Part shown: one piece after another, positions 7,921 through 18,453 of the stretch | How positions within the stretch are numbered: the first letter of the stretch is position 1 | Layout: every line of letters starts with the position of its first letter | Source: Candidatus Latescibacterota bacterium | GTDB lineage: Bacteria > Latescibacterota > UBA2968 > UBA8231 | Assembly (NCBI GenBank): GCA_965223905.1 | Contig: CBDCXV010000011.1 | Coordinates: 352,001-416,000 of the forward strand | DNA: 64,000 bases | Direction of reading: 5' to 3' | Notes under the pieces: model-generated | Databases searched by the model: none | What the model saw: only the letters and a program-made list of their open reading frames with translations | Told to the model about the DNA's origin: nothing | Program-made: the position numbers and the translations under genes

Positions 7921-9455
7921 ACCTCACCACCGATCCAGTTCTGACCCTCGCGGGCGGCGAGAAGGTTACCCTCCCGGCCCTGTTCGCGGCAATGGCGAGG
8001 GGTGAGGTGCGCGGGTTTCCAGCCTTGCGGCCTCATCAGCGCCCCGCGTGGCACATGTTTCTTGTGCAGCTGGGCGCTCTGTCGTTGTGGACTGCGGGTC
8101 GAGACCGCCTGCCAGATGATGCCGCGAGCTGGACGGCGGACCTGCGGAAGCTGACCCCAGACTACCCCGACGATGCGCCGTGGAGCCTATTCATAGAAGA
8201 ACGAAACAAGCCGGCCTTCCTTCAGCCTCCGGATCCGGGTGGCCTCAAGTGGAACACGGTGGAAACGCCCGACGCCCTGGATCTGCTAATAACCGCTCGC
8301 AATCACGACCTGAAGCAAACAGTCGCCAAGCAGGCGACGACGGAGGACTGGGTGTTCGCCCTGGTGTCCCTGCAAACATCTGCTGGCTACGACGGGCGGG
8401 GAAACTGTGGCATCGCGCGTATGAACGGGGGATCATCGAGCCGGCCTATGCTTGGCCTGACTCCCGCGCGAGACGGGGATCTATCTCTCGACCCTTCCGC
8501 ATGGTGGGCGCGTGACGTGGGGCGCCTGGTTACTGCTCGTAAATCGGGGAAACCAGGCCTAGTCGGCAGGGTGGGCGGGCCAGCACTCCTGTGGTGTTTC
8601 GACTGGCCGGAAGGCCACCAACTCGACTTTCGTGAACTGGATCCGTGGTTCGTCGAGGTCTGCCGCAGGGTCCGGCTGATGAACACCAAGGGAGCGGTTT
8701 CTGCTCAGCGCAGTACGTCGAAAACCGCGCGAATCGACGCTAAGGCATTCAAGGGCAACGTGGGCGATCCGTGGGCTCCGGTCCATAAAACTGAAGAAAA
8801 GAGCCTTACGCTTGGCGGGGGTGATTTCGATTACAAACGGCTCTGCGAGCTGATGTTTTCCGGGGATTGGGCAGTACCCCTTCTCGCCCAGCACGGAGGC
8901 GATGAGACCGGAGACATGCTCCTGGTGGCAGAGGCTCTTTCACGCGGGAACAGCAAGACCGAGGGTTTCAAATCCCGCGTCGTACAAGTACCGGGAAAAG
9001 TCGTGCGATTTTTTTCGACGGAGACCGCCGCAAGTCTCTCGAAGGCGCAGCTGGTCGAGATCACCGGATTCGACGCAGCATTGCGGTACGCGATCGCGCT
9101 CGCGGCAGCAGGGGGGGATAGGGACGGCGTAAAGAGGGACCATTTCAAAAGGGCGGCCCCTGCGAGTAAACGATTCGATCGTACAGCTGACCGCCTGTTT
9201 TTTCCGAGCCTTTGGAGACGAGTTGAGGCGAGGGCTTTGACCGACCCGGATGCGGAGGAGACAGCAAAGATCCAGTTCCTGAAAGATCTGTTTGAAGCAG
9301 CAACCGCCGAGCTTGAATCCGCGCTGCCGGCCATCCCTTGCCCGACGATCCAGCGTCCGAGAGCGGAGGCACGGGCTTGGCGGGCCTTCGGGTCCAGGGT
9401 AGGAAAAGAGTATCCTGTGCTTTTTGAGAAGAAGGAGACCCATGGCGCTGCATGA
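7917..9455 (+). CDS. cas8e: Type I-E Cascade large subunit Cas8e/Cse1 (CasA)
   Basis: Position in operon; RPHQRPAWHMFLVQL, ARMNGG, EVCRRVRL, DPWAP motifs. Confidence 0.9.
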   Translation: MNLTTDPVLTLAGGEKVTLPALFAAMARGEVRGFPALRPHQRPAWHMFLVQLGALSLWTAGRDRLPDDAASWTADLRKLTPDYPDDAPWSLFIEERNKPAFLQPPDPGGLKWNTVETPDALDLLITARNHDLKQTVAKQATTEDWVFALVSLQTSAGYDGRGNCGIARMNGGSSSRPMLGLTPARDGDLSLDPSAWWARDVGRLVTARKSGKPGLVGRVGGPALLWCFDWPEGHQLDFRELDPWFVEVCRRVRLMNTKGAVSAQRSTSKTARIDAKAFKGNVGDPWAPVHKTEEKSLTLGGGDFDYKRLCELMFSGDWAVPLLAQHGGDETGDMLLVAEALSRGNSKTEGFKSRVVQVPGKVVRFFSTETAASLSKAQLVEITGFDAALRYAIALAAAGGDRDGVKRDHFKRAAPASKRFDRTADRLFFPSLWRRVEARALTDPDAEETAKIQFLKDLFEAATAELESALPAIPCPTIQRPRAEARAWRAFGSRVGKEYPVLFEKKETHGAA

Positions 9456-10056
9456 AACTCCCACTGCGGCTGCAATCGATGCCGCCGCGACGCTCCAGCA
9501 CCTCGACCCCGGCCCGCTCGCGGAGTTGCGTCGAATGGACCACGGGACGGGTGCACCGGCATTTTGGCGACTCGTAGCCAAACATCCGGCCACCATAGGT
9601 CGACAGGACAAACAGGAACAGTGGATGGGAATCATCCGCATCCTCGCCATCCTGACACCAAAGGGCAGGCGCCCACAATCCGTCGCCGCTTCTGGCGAAG
9701 ACCCGGACCTGCGTGAGCACTTGCACAATCCCCGCCGCCGTCTCGGCGCCGTGCTGTGCGATGGCGGGGACCCGGACCCTTCCTGGCCAAGGGAAGGGGG
9801 AACGGTAAGGCCGATGTTGAGCGAATCCCGGCTGTCAAAGCTCATGGCCGCGCGCGGACAGCAACGTGCGATCCTCCTCAAACATGCGGCACAGATGATC
9901 TTGCGCAGTCGCCAAGATATTGGAGTCAACGTCGCCGATATCGCACTGGTATTACTCCAACCTGCCGATGGGCGGCGGTTGGCCGAACCTTATTACCGCC
10001 GTCTCGACCGTGCAGAGCTGGCGACAAAGGAATCCGAGAAAGGAACCATCCAATGA
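9442..10056 (+). CDS. cse2: Type I-E small subunit Cse2/Cas11 (CasB)
   Basis: GPLAELRR...AFWRL...LSESRLSKL; RBS aaggag; lies between cas8e and cas7. Confidence 0.85.
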   Translation: MALHETPTAAAIDAAATLQHLDPGPLAELRRMDHGTGAPAFWRLVAKHPATIGRQDKQEQWMGIIRILAILTPKGRRPQSVAASGEDPDLREHLHNPRRRLGAVLCDGGDPDPSWPREGGTVRPMLSESRLSKLMAARGQQRAILLKHAAQMILRSRQDIGVNVADIALVLLQPADGRRLAEPYYRRLDRAELATKESEKGTIQ

Positions 10057-11183
10057 CACAACCGCGTTTCCTGCAGATACACACGCTCAGCCCGTATACC
10101 GGTGTGCTTCTCAACCGCGACGACAGCGGGTTGGCGAAGCGCCTTCCGTACGGCGGCGGCTTGCGCACCCGGGTCTCCTCTCAGTGTCTCAAGCGGCATT
10201 GGCGGATCACCGACAACGACCCGCACTCCCTGCATGCCATCGACGGTGCACCAGCGGCCTACCGGTCTCGTGAATTGGTGACGCAAAAGGTCATCGGACC
10301 ACTGCGCAAGCAATTCCCGGAGGAGGTCGTCGCCGCGCTCGAACGGGAGATCCAGATGGCGGTCTACGGCGACAAAGGCACCACAAAGCAAGGCCGTCAG
10401 ACCTTGCTGTTCGGTGCGCCGGAAATCGCGTGGCTGTGTCGCGAGGCAGAGGGCCTGGCTGAGCGGGCCAATGGAGAGGCTGAAGTGGCAGCTGCGGCAG
10501 CACAGGAATGGAGAAAGGAGTTCCGCTCGAACATCAAGGCAATGCGCGACGGTGCCACGCTGCCAGCCGGCCTCACGTCGGCGCTGTTCGGGCGGATGGT
10601 CACATCGGACACCGACGCCAACATCACGGCACCGGTGCATGTCGCCCATGCTTTCACAGTCCACGAAGAAGAGCCGGAAAGCGACTACTTCACTGCCGTC
10701 GACGACCTCTCCGGGGACGAGCCGGGGGCGGACACCATTCAAGAGACCGAGCTGACCTCCGGCCTGTTCTACGGCTACGTCGTGGTCGATCTGCCGACCC
10801 TCTTGTCAAACCTCGGCGGGGACGTGGATCTGGCGGGGCAGGTACTGCACAACCTGGTCTACCTGATCGCCGAGGTCTCCCCCGGTGCCAAGCTCGGCTC
10901 CACGGCCCCTTACGGCCGGGCATCCTTCATGCTGCTGGAAGCCGGGGACAGGCAGCCCCGGAGTCTGGCCGAAGCCTACCGGCGCCCCTGCGAGCCCCCC
11001 CACATCGACCCGGCTGTCGAGGCCCTGTGTGCGCATCTCGCGTCCCTGGACGAGGCCTACGCCACCGGGGAGGAGCGGCGGGTGATGTCCCTGGTGAGTG
11101 GCGAGGTACCGGGGGCCGAACGCGGTTCCCTGGCCAGTCTCGCCGAATGGGCGAAGACTCTGCCGGAAGAGGCGGCGTCATGA
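10053..11183 (+). CDS. cas7: Type I-E Cas7/Cse4 (CasC)
   Basis: LNRDDSG, RVSSQCLKR, ALFGRM, HVAHAFT, DYFTAVDD. Confidence 0.95.
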   Translation: MTQPRFLQIHTLSPYTGVLLNRDDSGLAKRLPYGGGLRTRVSSQCLKRHWRITDNDPHSLHAIDGAPAAYRSRELVTQKVIGPLRKQFPEEVVAALEREIQMAVYGDKGTTKQGRQTLLFGAPEIAWLCREAEGLAERANGEAEVAAAAAQEWRKEFRSNIKAMRDGATLPAGLTSALFGRMVTSDTDANITAPVHVAHAFTVHEEEPESDYFTAVDDLSGDEPGADTIQETELTSGLFYGYVVVDLPTLLSNLGGDVDLAGQVLHNLVYLIAEVSPGAKLGSTAPYGRASFMLLEAGDRQPRSLAEAYRRPCEPPHIDPAVEALCAHLASLDEAYATGEERRVMSLVSGEVPGAERGSLASLAEWAKTLPEEAAS

Positions 11184-11902
11184 ACTTTCGCTGGCTGGTC
11201 CTGCGGCTTGAAGCGCCGCTGATGGCCTTCGGAGGCGTGGCAATCGACCAGTTCGGCCCGGTGCGGGATTTTCCAGCGGCCTCCATGCTGGCCGGGCTGA
11301 TTGCCAACGCCTTGGGCTGGCACTGGTCGGACCGAGCCGAGAATCAGGCGATCCAGGATCGTCTGATCTTCGCGGCCCGGCGCGAACGGGAAGGGGACGT
11401 GCTGACCGACACGCAGAACGCACAGCTTGCCAAGACCGACAAGGGCTGGACGACAGGCGGGGAGCCGGAGGGAAGGGCAGGAGCCACCTACGATGCTCCC
11501 CATCGAAAAACCCGCGACTACCACGCCGATTTGTCCGTGCGGGTCGTGCTGCGTCTCGACCCGGAGGAGGAGACGCCAACCCTCGACGCCTTGGCCGAAG
11601 CCTTCGACAGGCCCGCACGGCCCCTGTTTCTCGGTCGCAAGCCCTGCCTACCCTCGGCGTTGTTGCTGGCGAATGGGCCGGACCGCTGGGTGATGGGGGA
11701 TACCGCATTTGAAGCGCTTCGCAGGGTGCCAGGTGAAGGGGAAGGGCTCCGCGCACAGTGGCCGATGGGGCAGGGCCCGGAAGCAGGCGAAAGCGTGGGC
11801 CCTATCGTAGATCTGGCTGACATGAGGAACTGGCGCACTGGTCTGCATGGCGGATCGCGCCAAGTGGTAGAAGGACGGATTTCTCCGGAGAGGAACGAGT
11901 GA
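11180..11902 (+). CDS. cas5: Type I-E Cas5 (CasD)
   Basis: LRLEAPLMAFG...GLIANALG...LFLGRKPCLP. Confidence 0.95.
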   Translation: MNFRWLVLRLEAPLMAFGGVAIDQFGPVRDFPAASMLAGLIANALGWHWSDRAENQAIQDRLIFAARREREGDVLTDTQNAQLAKTDKGWTTGGEPEGRAGATYDAPHRKTRDYHADLSVRVVLRLDPEEETPTLDALAEAFDRPARPLFLGRKPCLPSALLLANGPDRWVMGDTAFEALRRVPGEGEGLRAQWPMGQGPEAGESVGPIVDLADMRNWRTGLHGGSRQVVEGRISPERNE

Positions 11903-12684
11903 TGGAACTCAATCTGGTTCGTGTACCGATCGCTACGCCTTCCCTCGCTCGCTGGGCGGGCGAGCGCGGCTGGGTCCGGCGGCGAGGCAACTTTACGGAC
12001 TTCGACGAAGGCCGCGCCCTCCATCACCTCTTGAATGAAGTATTCGGACCGGGCTCGGTTCGGCCCTTTCGTCTACTTGTGCCGCCCCGGTGCACTTCGG
12101 GAAACCTGTATGCGTACTCCTCCATGGACGCGGATTCCCTGTGCGCAGCCGCTCGCGTTCATGCCCTGCCGGACCATCTTGGCGTGCTGTCGCCCGACCG
12201 GCTGGAGACCAAGTCCATGCCTCAAGACTGGCGACCCGGGCAACAGGTGGGCTTTGACGCTCGCGTGCGGCCCGTCAGGCGATTGGGTAGCGATCTGGAG
12301 AGCCCAGACGGGGTGATCGGCAAAGGCTCGGAAATCGATGCCTTCCTGGTGGAAGCCCTTCGGCGACACCCTGCAGAATCTGGTGGGATGGCCCAGCAGA
12401 ACCGGACCCGCGAGACTGTCTATCTCGACTGGCTGACCGAGCAACTCGCCCCCGCCGCAGAGCTTGAGCGCTCAGCAAGCCGCCTTGCCCGGTTCCGCCG
12501 CGTCCGCGTATCGCGTGGAAACAGCGGACCCGAAGGCCCGGATGCCACGATCCACGGAACATTGACGGTGGGCGATCCAGACGCTTTTGCCTCGTTATTG
12601 GGGCGCGGAATCGGCCGCCATCGGGCCTATGGGTACGGCATGCTGCTGCTGCGTCCGCCCAACCGCCCGATCCCGGAGCGCTGA
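11899..12684 (+). CDS. cas6e: Type I-E Cas6e/Cse3 (CasE)
   Basis: C-terminal G-rich loop GIGRHRAYGYGMLL. Confidence 0.95.
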   Translation: MMELNLVRVPIATPSLARWAGERGWVRRRGNFTDFDEGRALHHLLNEVFGPGSVRPFRLLVPPRCTSGNLYAYSSMDADSLCAAARVHALPDHLGVLSPDRLETKSMPQDWRPGQQVGFDARVRPVRRLGSDLESPDGVIGKGSEIDAFLVEALRRHPAESGGMAQQNRTRETVYLDWLTEQLAPAAELERSASRLARFRRVRVSRGNSGPEGPDATIHGTLTVGDPDAFASLLGRGIGRHRAYGYGMLLLRPPNRPIPER

Positions 12685-13569
12685 ATGCTCAAAGGCCGGC
12701 TTGGCATCGACAGTGCCAAAGTCCCTTACAAGGACAGGGCCGGACTGCTCTACCTCGCGCGCGGAGCCCTGACCGCTCGTGACGGCACGCTCGCTTTCAT
12801 GCAAGGGGAGGCGACCGAGGCCGACGCACTCACGCCCGGAGATCACGCGATCCCGCTTCAGGGGGTATCGATGATCCTGATCGGCCCCGGTTCCACTGTC
12901 AGTCATGATGCACTGCGGCTGCTCGCCCATGCTCGGACGGCCCTGGCCGCCATCGGCGAAGACGGCGTTCGACTCTACACCGCTCCACCCCTGATCCCAG
13001 ATCATTCCGGTTTGGCGCGAACCCAGGCGCGGATTTGGGCGGATGAGGACCAGCGTTTGACCGTCGCCCGGCGCATGTTTGTCTGGCGATTGGGTGAAGT
13101 CCTGCCGCACAGTTCTCTCAATGTGCTGCGGGGGACCGAAGGCGCGCGGATGAGGCAGAGCTACCGCCTGCTTGCCCAGCAGATCGGGGTGGAGTGGAGC
13201 GGCCGGCGCTATGACCGCGCCCAGCCAAACGCCGCGGATCTCCCCAATCAGGCGCTAAACCATGCATCCAGTGCGGTGGAGGCTGCCGCCGCTATCGCCG
13301 TCGCTGCAACCGCGACCATACCACAATTAGGCTTCATCCACGAGGACCCCGGACAATCATTCGTTCTGGATATTTCCGACCTCTACCGGGACACCGTTAC
13401 CATTCCCTGCGCCTTTCGAGCGGCCAAGCGTGTCGCCCAGCGACCAGGAGAGAACATCGAGCGAGTCACCCGCCGTCTAACGGGACAGGCCCTTGTTAGC
13501 GAACAGGTGATTCCCGCGATGATCGACCGGATCAAGTCCCTTTTCGACGAACCTGCGGAAGGGGAGTGA
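12685..13569 (+). CDS. cas1: Type I-E Cas1
   Basis: GPGSTVSHDA, LRGTEGARMR, LGFIHE...FVLDISDLYR. Confidence 0.95.
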   Translation: MLKGRLGIDSAKVPYKDRAGLLYLARGALTARDGTLAFMQGEATEADALTPGDHAIPLQGVSMILIGPGSTVSHDALRLLAHARTALAAIGEDGVRLYTAPPLIPDHSGLARTQARIWADEDQRLTVARRMFVWRLGEVLPHSSLNVLRGTEGARMRQSYRLLAQQIGVEWSGRRYDRAQPNAADLPNQALNHASSAVEAAAAIAVAATATIPQLGFIHEDPGQSFVLDISDLYRDTVTIPCAFRAAKRVAQRPGENIERVTRRLTGQALVSEQVIPAMIDRIKSLFDEPAEGE

Positions 13570-13576
13570 TGGGCTA

Positions 13577-13870
13577 ATGCCGACTACTATGGTCGTCACT
13601 CGAAGCGTCGAGGACCGTTACCGCGGCTTCCTTACTTCGATCATGCTGGAAATCGCACCCGGCGTATATGTGGCGTCGGATCTGTCGGCAGCTGTCCGAA
13701 CACGATTGTGGTATGTGCTCTCATCCTGGTGGGATACGTTCGGGACAGGGTCGATCACCATGGTGTGGCGCGATACGCAAGCCGTCGGAAACCTGTGTTT
13801 CGAGAATCTCGGAGAACCCCCGAAAGAGATTGTGGACGCCGACGGCATCCTACTCGTAAAACGCAATTAG
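13577..13870 (+). CDS. cas2: Type I-E Cas2
   Basis: RYRGFLTSIMLEIAPGVYV...VDADGILL. Confidence 0.95.
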   Translation: MPTTMVVTRSVEDRYRGFLTSIMLEIAPGVYVASDLSAAVRTRLWYVLSSWWDTFGTGSITMVWRDTQAVGNLCFENLGEPPKEIVDADGILLVKRN

Positions 13871-13923
13871 GCCCCCCTCAGCTCTACGTCCCGCCCCTAA
13901 TTGGTACAGTGAACACTTGAACA

Positions 13924-16900
13924 GCTTCCCCCGCATGCGCGGGGATAGACCCTCAGGACCCCCAGGCAAAGCACCCTGAAACACGCTTCCCCCGCATGCG
14001 CGGGGATAGACCCGCTCCAGGTATTGTCGAAAATGTAACCGGGAAGCTTCCCCCGCATGCGCGGGGATAGACCCCTTACCAGCCGCTCGGAGCAGGAATG
14101 GTCGCAGCTTCCCCCGCATGCGCGGGGATAGACCCCCAACCCCTAGGCAGGGAGAACCACAAAGAATGCTTCCCCCGCATGCGCGGGGATAGACCCACGT
14201 ATGGCACTGGCAGGGATAGGGTTTACGTGCTTCCCCCGCATGCGCGGGGATAGACCCTTGATACTTGTCGCAGACCAATTCAGGTCGAAGCTTCCCCCGC
14301 ATGCGCGGGGATAGACCTGTGTTGGTTTCCTTGTCTCTGATCCAAAATTTGCTTCCCCCGCATGCGCGGGGATAGACCTCATTCAAGCGAGAGGGGAAAC
14401 CGTGCCGATTCGCTTCCCCCGCATGCGCGGGGATAGACCCAAGACGAACAAGGCTTAATCGGACAGCTCGAAGCTTCCCCCGCATGCGCGGGGATAGACC
14501 CGAAGAGAAAGCCTGGCTGGTGCGGTGCTGGCAGCTTCCCCCGCATGCGCGGGGATAGACCCCCGTTCCCCACCGATGCAAGTTCTCCGACCCAGCTTCC
14601 CCCGCATGCGCGGGGATAGACCCATCGCCCAGCTGGTGCAGTCCGGCGCTGTGTTGCTTCCCCCGCATGCGCGGGGATAGACCCTGGCCCGGCTCCAGGC
14701 CGGGGGCGCAGTTGCCGGTTCCCCCGCATGCGCGGGGATAGACCCCCGCCGGGCAGAACTACGAAATCTTCGGCCGTGGTTCCCCCGCATGCGCGGGGAT
14801 AGACCCTCACCGTCCTGCGGCTGATTAGACCGCCACCAGGTTCCCCCGCATGCGCGGGGATAGACCCCAATGAAGGTGACGACGCGCCGAAATTCTCGTG
14901 GTTCCCCCGCATGCGCGGGGATAGACCCCCGTCATCAGCAACAAGGACTGGAACGCTTTGGGTTCCCCCGCATGCGCGGGGATAGACCCTGGAAATCTTC
15001 GTTGGCACCGGATCCGGAACTGGTTCCCCCGCATGCGCGGGGATAGACCTTCGCTTCATCCCTTCGCGGCCGAAGATCCAGGGGTTCCCCCGCATGCGCG
15101 GGGATAGACCCAGGGAGAGATCGAACATGAAATATTGGATCAAGGTTCCCCCGCATGCGCGGGGATAGACCCCTGGGAAGACAAGCCTTCCTCACTTGGG
15201 GAATGGTTCCCCCGCATGCGCGGGGATAGACCCCTCTCGGGGAAGGCGGTCTTCAGAAAGTAAGTGGTTCCCCCGCATGCGCGGGGATAGACCCCCGCAT
15301 GCGCGGGGATAGACCCTGCGTTTTCTCTTGTTCTTTCTCGATTACAATGGTTCCCCCGCATGCGCGGGGATAGACCCGTCAGAGATAAGGGAAAAAACCA
15401 GAAAATGACGGTTCCCCCGCATGCGCGGGGATAGACCCCCATTCAGGAGGGACAAGGCTATGAAGGAGATGGTTCCCCCGCATGCGCGGGGATAGACCCG
15501 TGGCACATCGTTTGCTATGGAAACAGGGTATGGTTCCCCCGCATGCGCGGGGATAGACCCCTGTGGGAGGACGACAAGATCGAGACCAAGGTGGTTCCCC
15601 CGCATGCGCGGGGATAGACCCGCTGCAACGTAGGTCGCGCAGGTTGCCGGAGAGGTTCCCCCGCATGCGCGGGGATAGACCCAAGGCGGCCCATATCTGA
15701 CTTGCGGCGGTCTTGGTTCCCCCGCATGCGCGGGGATAGACCCCAGATGGGTGGAGGGGCCAACAACCTCACCATGGTTCCCCCGCATGCGCGGGGATAG
15801 ACCCTCTCCAGATACATCTATCATTCGTACGAGATAGGTTCCCCCGCATGCGCGGGGATAGACCCCCACAAGCAAGGGAGACAATCCAAGAATGGGCGGT
15901 TCCCCCGCATGCGCGGGGATAGACCCTCGATACCACCTAAAGTAAGACAGGTACCGAAGGTTCCCCCGCATGCGCGGGGATAGACCGATGGGCAATGCGG
16001 TTGCCGATGACGTGGCGGCGGTTCCCCCGCATGCGCGGGGATAGACCCAGGACGAGAGCCTCCTCGTCAAAGGTGTCTACGGTTCCCCCGCATGCGCGGG
16101 GATAGACCCGAGATATTCGGCAGGGCGCGGGCCGCGGCCTTGGTTCCCCCGCATGCGCGGGGATAGACCCACGCCGGAGGACCATGACCAAGAGGTATCG
16201 CCGGTTCCTCCGCATGCGCGGGGATAGACCCCGGTCACGACCCCTTTCTTACGCGGTGCTTGGGGTTCCCCCGCATGCGCGGGGATAGACCCGCTCCGGA
16301 CTACGCTCGCTCGGTCGCTGAATTGGTTCCCCCGCATGCGCGGGGATAGACCCGAAGAAGGACTAAAGGACGAAGACCCCATAATGGTTCCCCCGCATGC
16401 GCGGGGATAGACCCTCGTACATCAATTTCCAAGGCTTGATCCAGATGGTTCCCCCGCATGCGCGGGGATAGACCCTTTTCGACCTGTTCCACTATTCTTC
16501 CCAGGGCGGTTCCCCCGCATGCGCGGGGATAGACCCGTGGGGAACATCCGCCTTGCGGCAAAGGTCAAGGTTCCCCCGCATGCGCGGGGATAGACCCTTG
16601 TCGAGGCGCACGAGTTCGATCTGCTGGCCGGTTCCCCCGCATGCGCGGGGATAGACCCCTGACCGCGCCGACGATGACTCAGGCGGGGATGGTTCCCCCG
16701 CATGCGCGGGGATAGACCCGCGGCGCGTGTGATCGCCAGGAGTCGGAGTGCGGTTCCCCCGCATGCGCGGGGATAGACCCAAAGGGGTCTCCGACACCGT
16801 GGAAACCCAGATGGTTCCCCCGCATGCGCGGGGATAGACCCTCGGCATCAGCATTGCCGTATACGCCTACGTTGGTTCCCCCGCATGCGCGGGGATAGAC

Positions 16901-18428
16901 CCGGGAGCAGAATTGCAATGGCGTTTCTTGGGCAGGTTCCCCCGCATGCGCGGGGATAGACCCGCGGCGTCGGCCAGCACCACTTGAACGGCTTTGGTTC
17001 CCCCGCATGCGCGGGGATAGACCCGGCGCCGACGGGAGCAACGAGCCCATCGGAATGGTTCCCCCGCATGCGCGGGGATAGACCCCTGCCATCCGAGTTT
17101 CTGGGCCTCCATGTACTGGTTCCCCCGCATGCGCGGGGATAGACCCGTGCCATTCCCCGGTGCGCCACCGATCCTTATGGTTCCCCCGCATGCGCGGGGA
17201 TAGACCCCACATGACTCTCTTGCGCGACGCCATGGAACCGGTTCCCCCGCATGCGCGGGGATAGACCCTCAAAGCCGGCACTCCGGTCAAGGCGCGAGAA
17301 GGTTCCCCCGCATGCGCGGGGATAGACCCCATTTCCACCTCGGTATCGACGAGCACCCACAGGTTCCCCCGCATGCGCGGGGATAGACCCATTGATGTAG
17401 GAGCGGATCAAGCCCAAGTCGTGGTTCCCCCGCATGCGCGGGGATAGACCCCTACAAAATTATACACAGGGCGACAATTGGAAGGTTCCCCCGCATGCGC
17501 GGGGATAGACCCAACGCGCTGGTCGACTGGGGCATGTATCAGGTGGTTCCCCCGCATGCGCGGGGATAGACCCGTGGCCGACGATTGACCCGGCCGTAGA
17601 AGATTGGTTCCCCCGCATGCGCGGGGATAGACCGTAGGGCCGGAAGCGTTCCCAGCGGGCTTCCAAGGTTCCCCCGCATGCGCGGGGATAGACCCCTTGC
17701 CCTGGGTTCGGCAGCCCTCCAGGACACGGTTCCCCCGCATGCGCGGGGATAGACCCGATATGCACGTTGTCAGCGGGCTGAACGCCTTGGTTCCCCCGCA
17801 TGCGCGGGGATAGACCCGAGGAAGGGCTACTAAAAGACACCCTTTCCGCGGTTCCCCCGCATGCGCGGGGATAGACCTTGGGAATACCGTCTGGCTTGCC
17901 CCGAAGAAATGGTTCCCCCGCATGCGCGGGGATAGACCCTGGCCGGCGGTGCGCCGGGCCATGGCCCTCGTGGTTCCCCCGCATGCGCGGGGATAGACCG
18001 GCCGCCCCTCTCGAACATGCCAGGCCGGTCTGGGTTCCCCCGCATGCGCGGGGATAGACCCGTGAGCTATCGCACAGTGACCAGAGTCTTCCAGGTTCCC
18101 CCGCATGCGCGGGGATAGACCCCTCCTAGACACTGACGAGGCGGATGGCACCAAGGTTCCCCCGCATGCGCGGGGATAGACCCGCCCTCTACTTCGTCGC
18201 CGGCCGCGGCCACGAGGTTCCCCCGCATGCGCGGGGATAGACCCCTGAAGATCCTCCTGAAGATCCGGCTGATCCGCGGTTCCCCCTCATGCGCGGGGAT
18301 AGACCCGAGGCCGGCAACGGCTTGGACGTGGGGCAGCAGGTTCCCCCGCATGCGCGGGGATAGACCCCCCTGTGGTAGGGTTGAATGCCCGGATCTTATG
18401 GTTCCCCCGCATGCGCGGGGATAGACCC
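13924..18428 (+). CRISPR. Type I-E CRISPR array, ~74 full repeats plus one partial, 61-bp period
   Basis: Repeat GGTTCCCCCGCATGCGCGGGGATAGACCC (first 13 copies begin GCTT), 32-nt spacers (one of 33 nt); counted by hand. Confidence 0.98.
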
Positions 18429-18453
18429 GTAGGCGGCAGTTAGACTTGCTACG

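Noticed and set aside
13924-18428. Self-targeting array spacers against the integrative element or the core genes
   Set aside because: None noticed in a partial check by eye; an exhaustive alignment of all spacers against the window is needed, so no claim is made.
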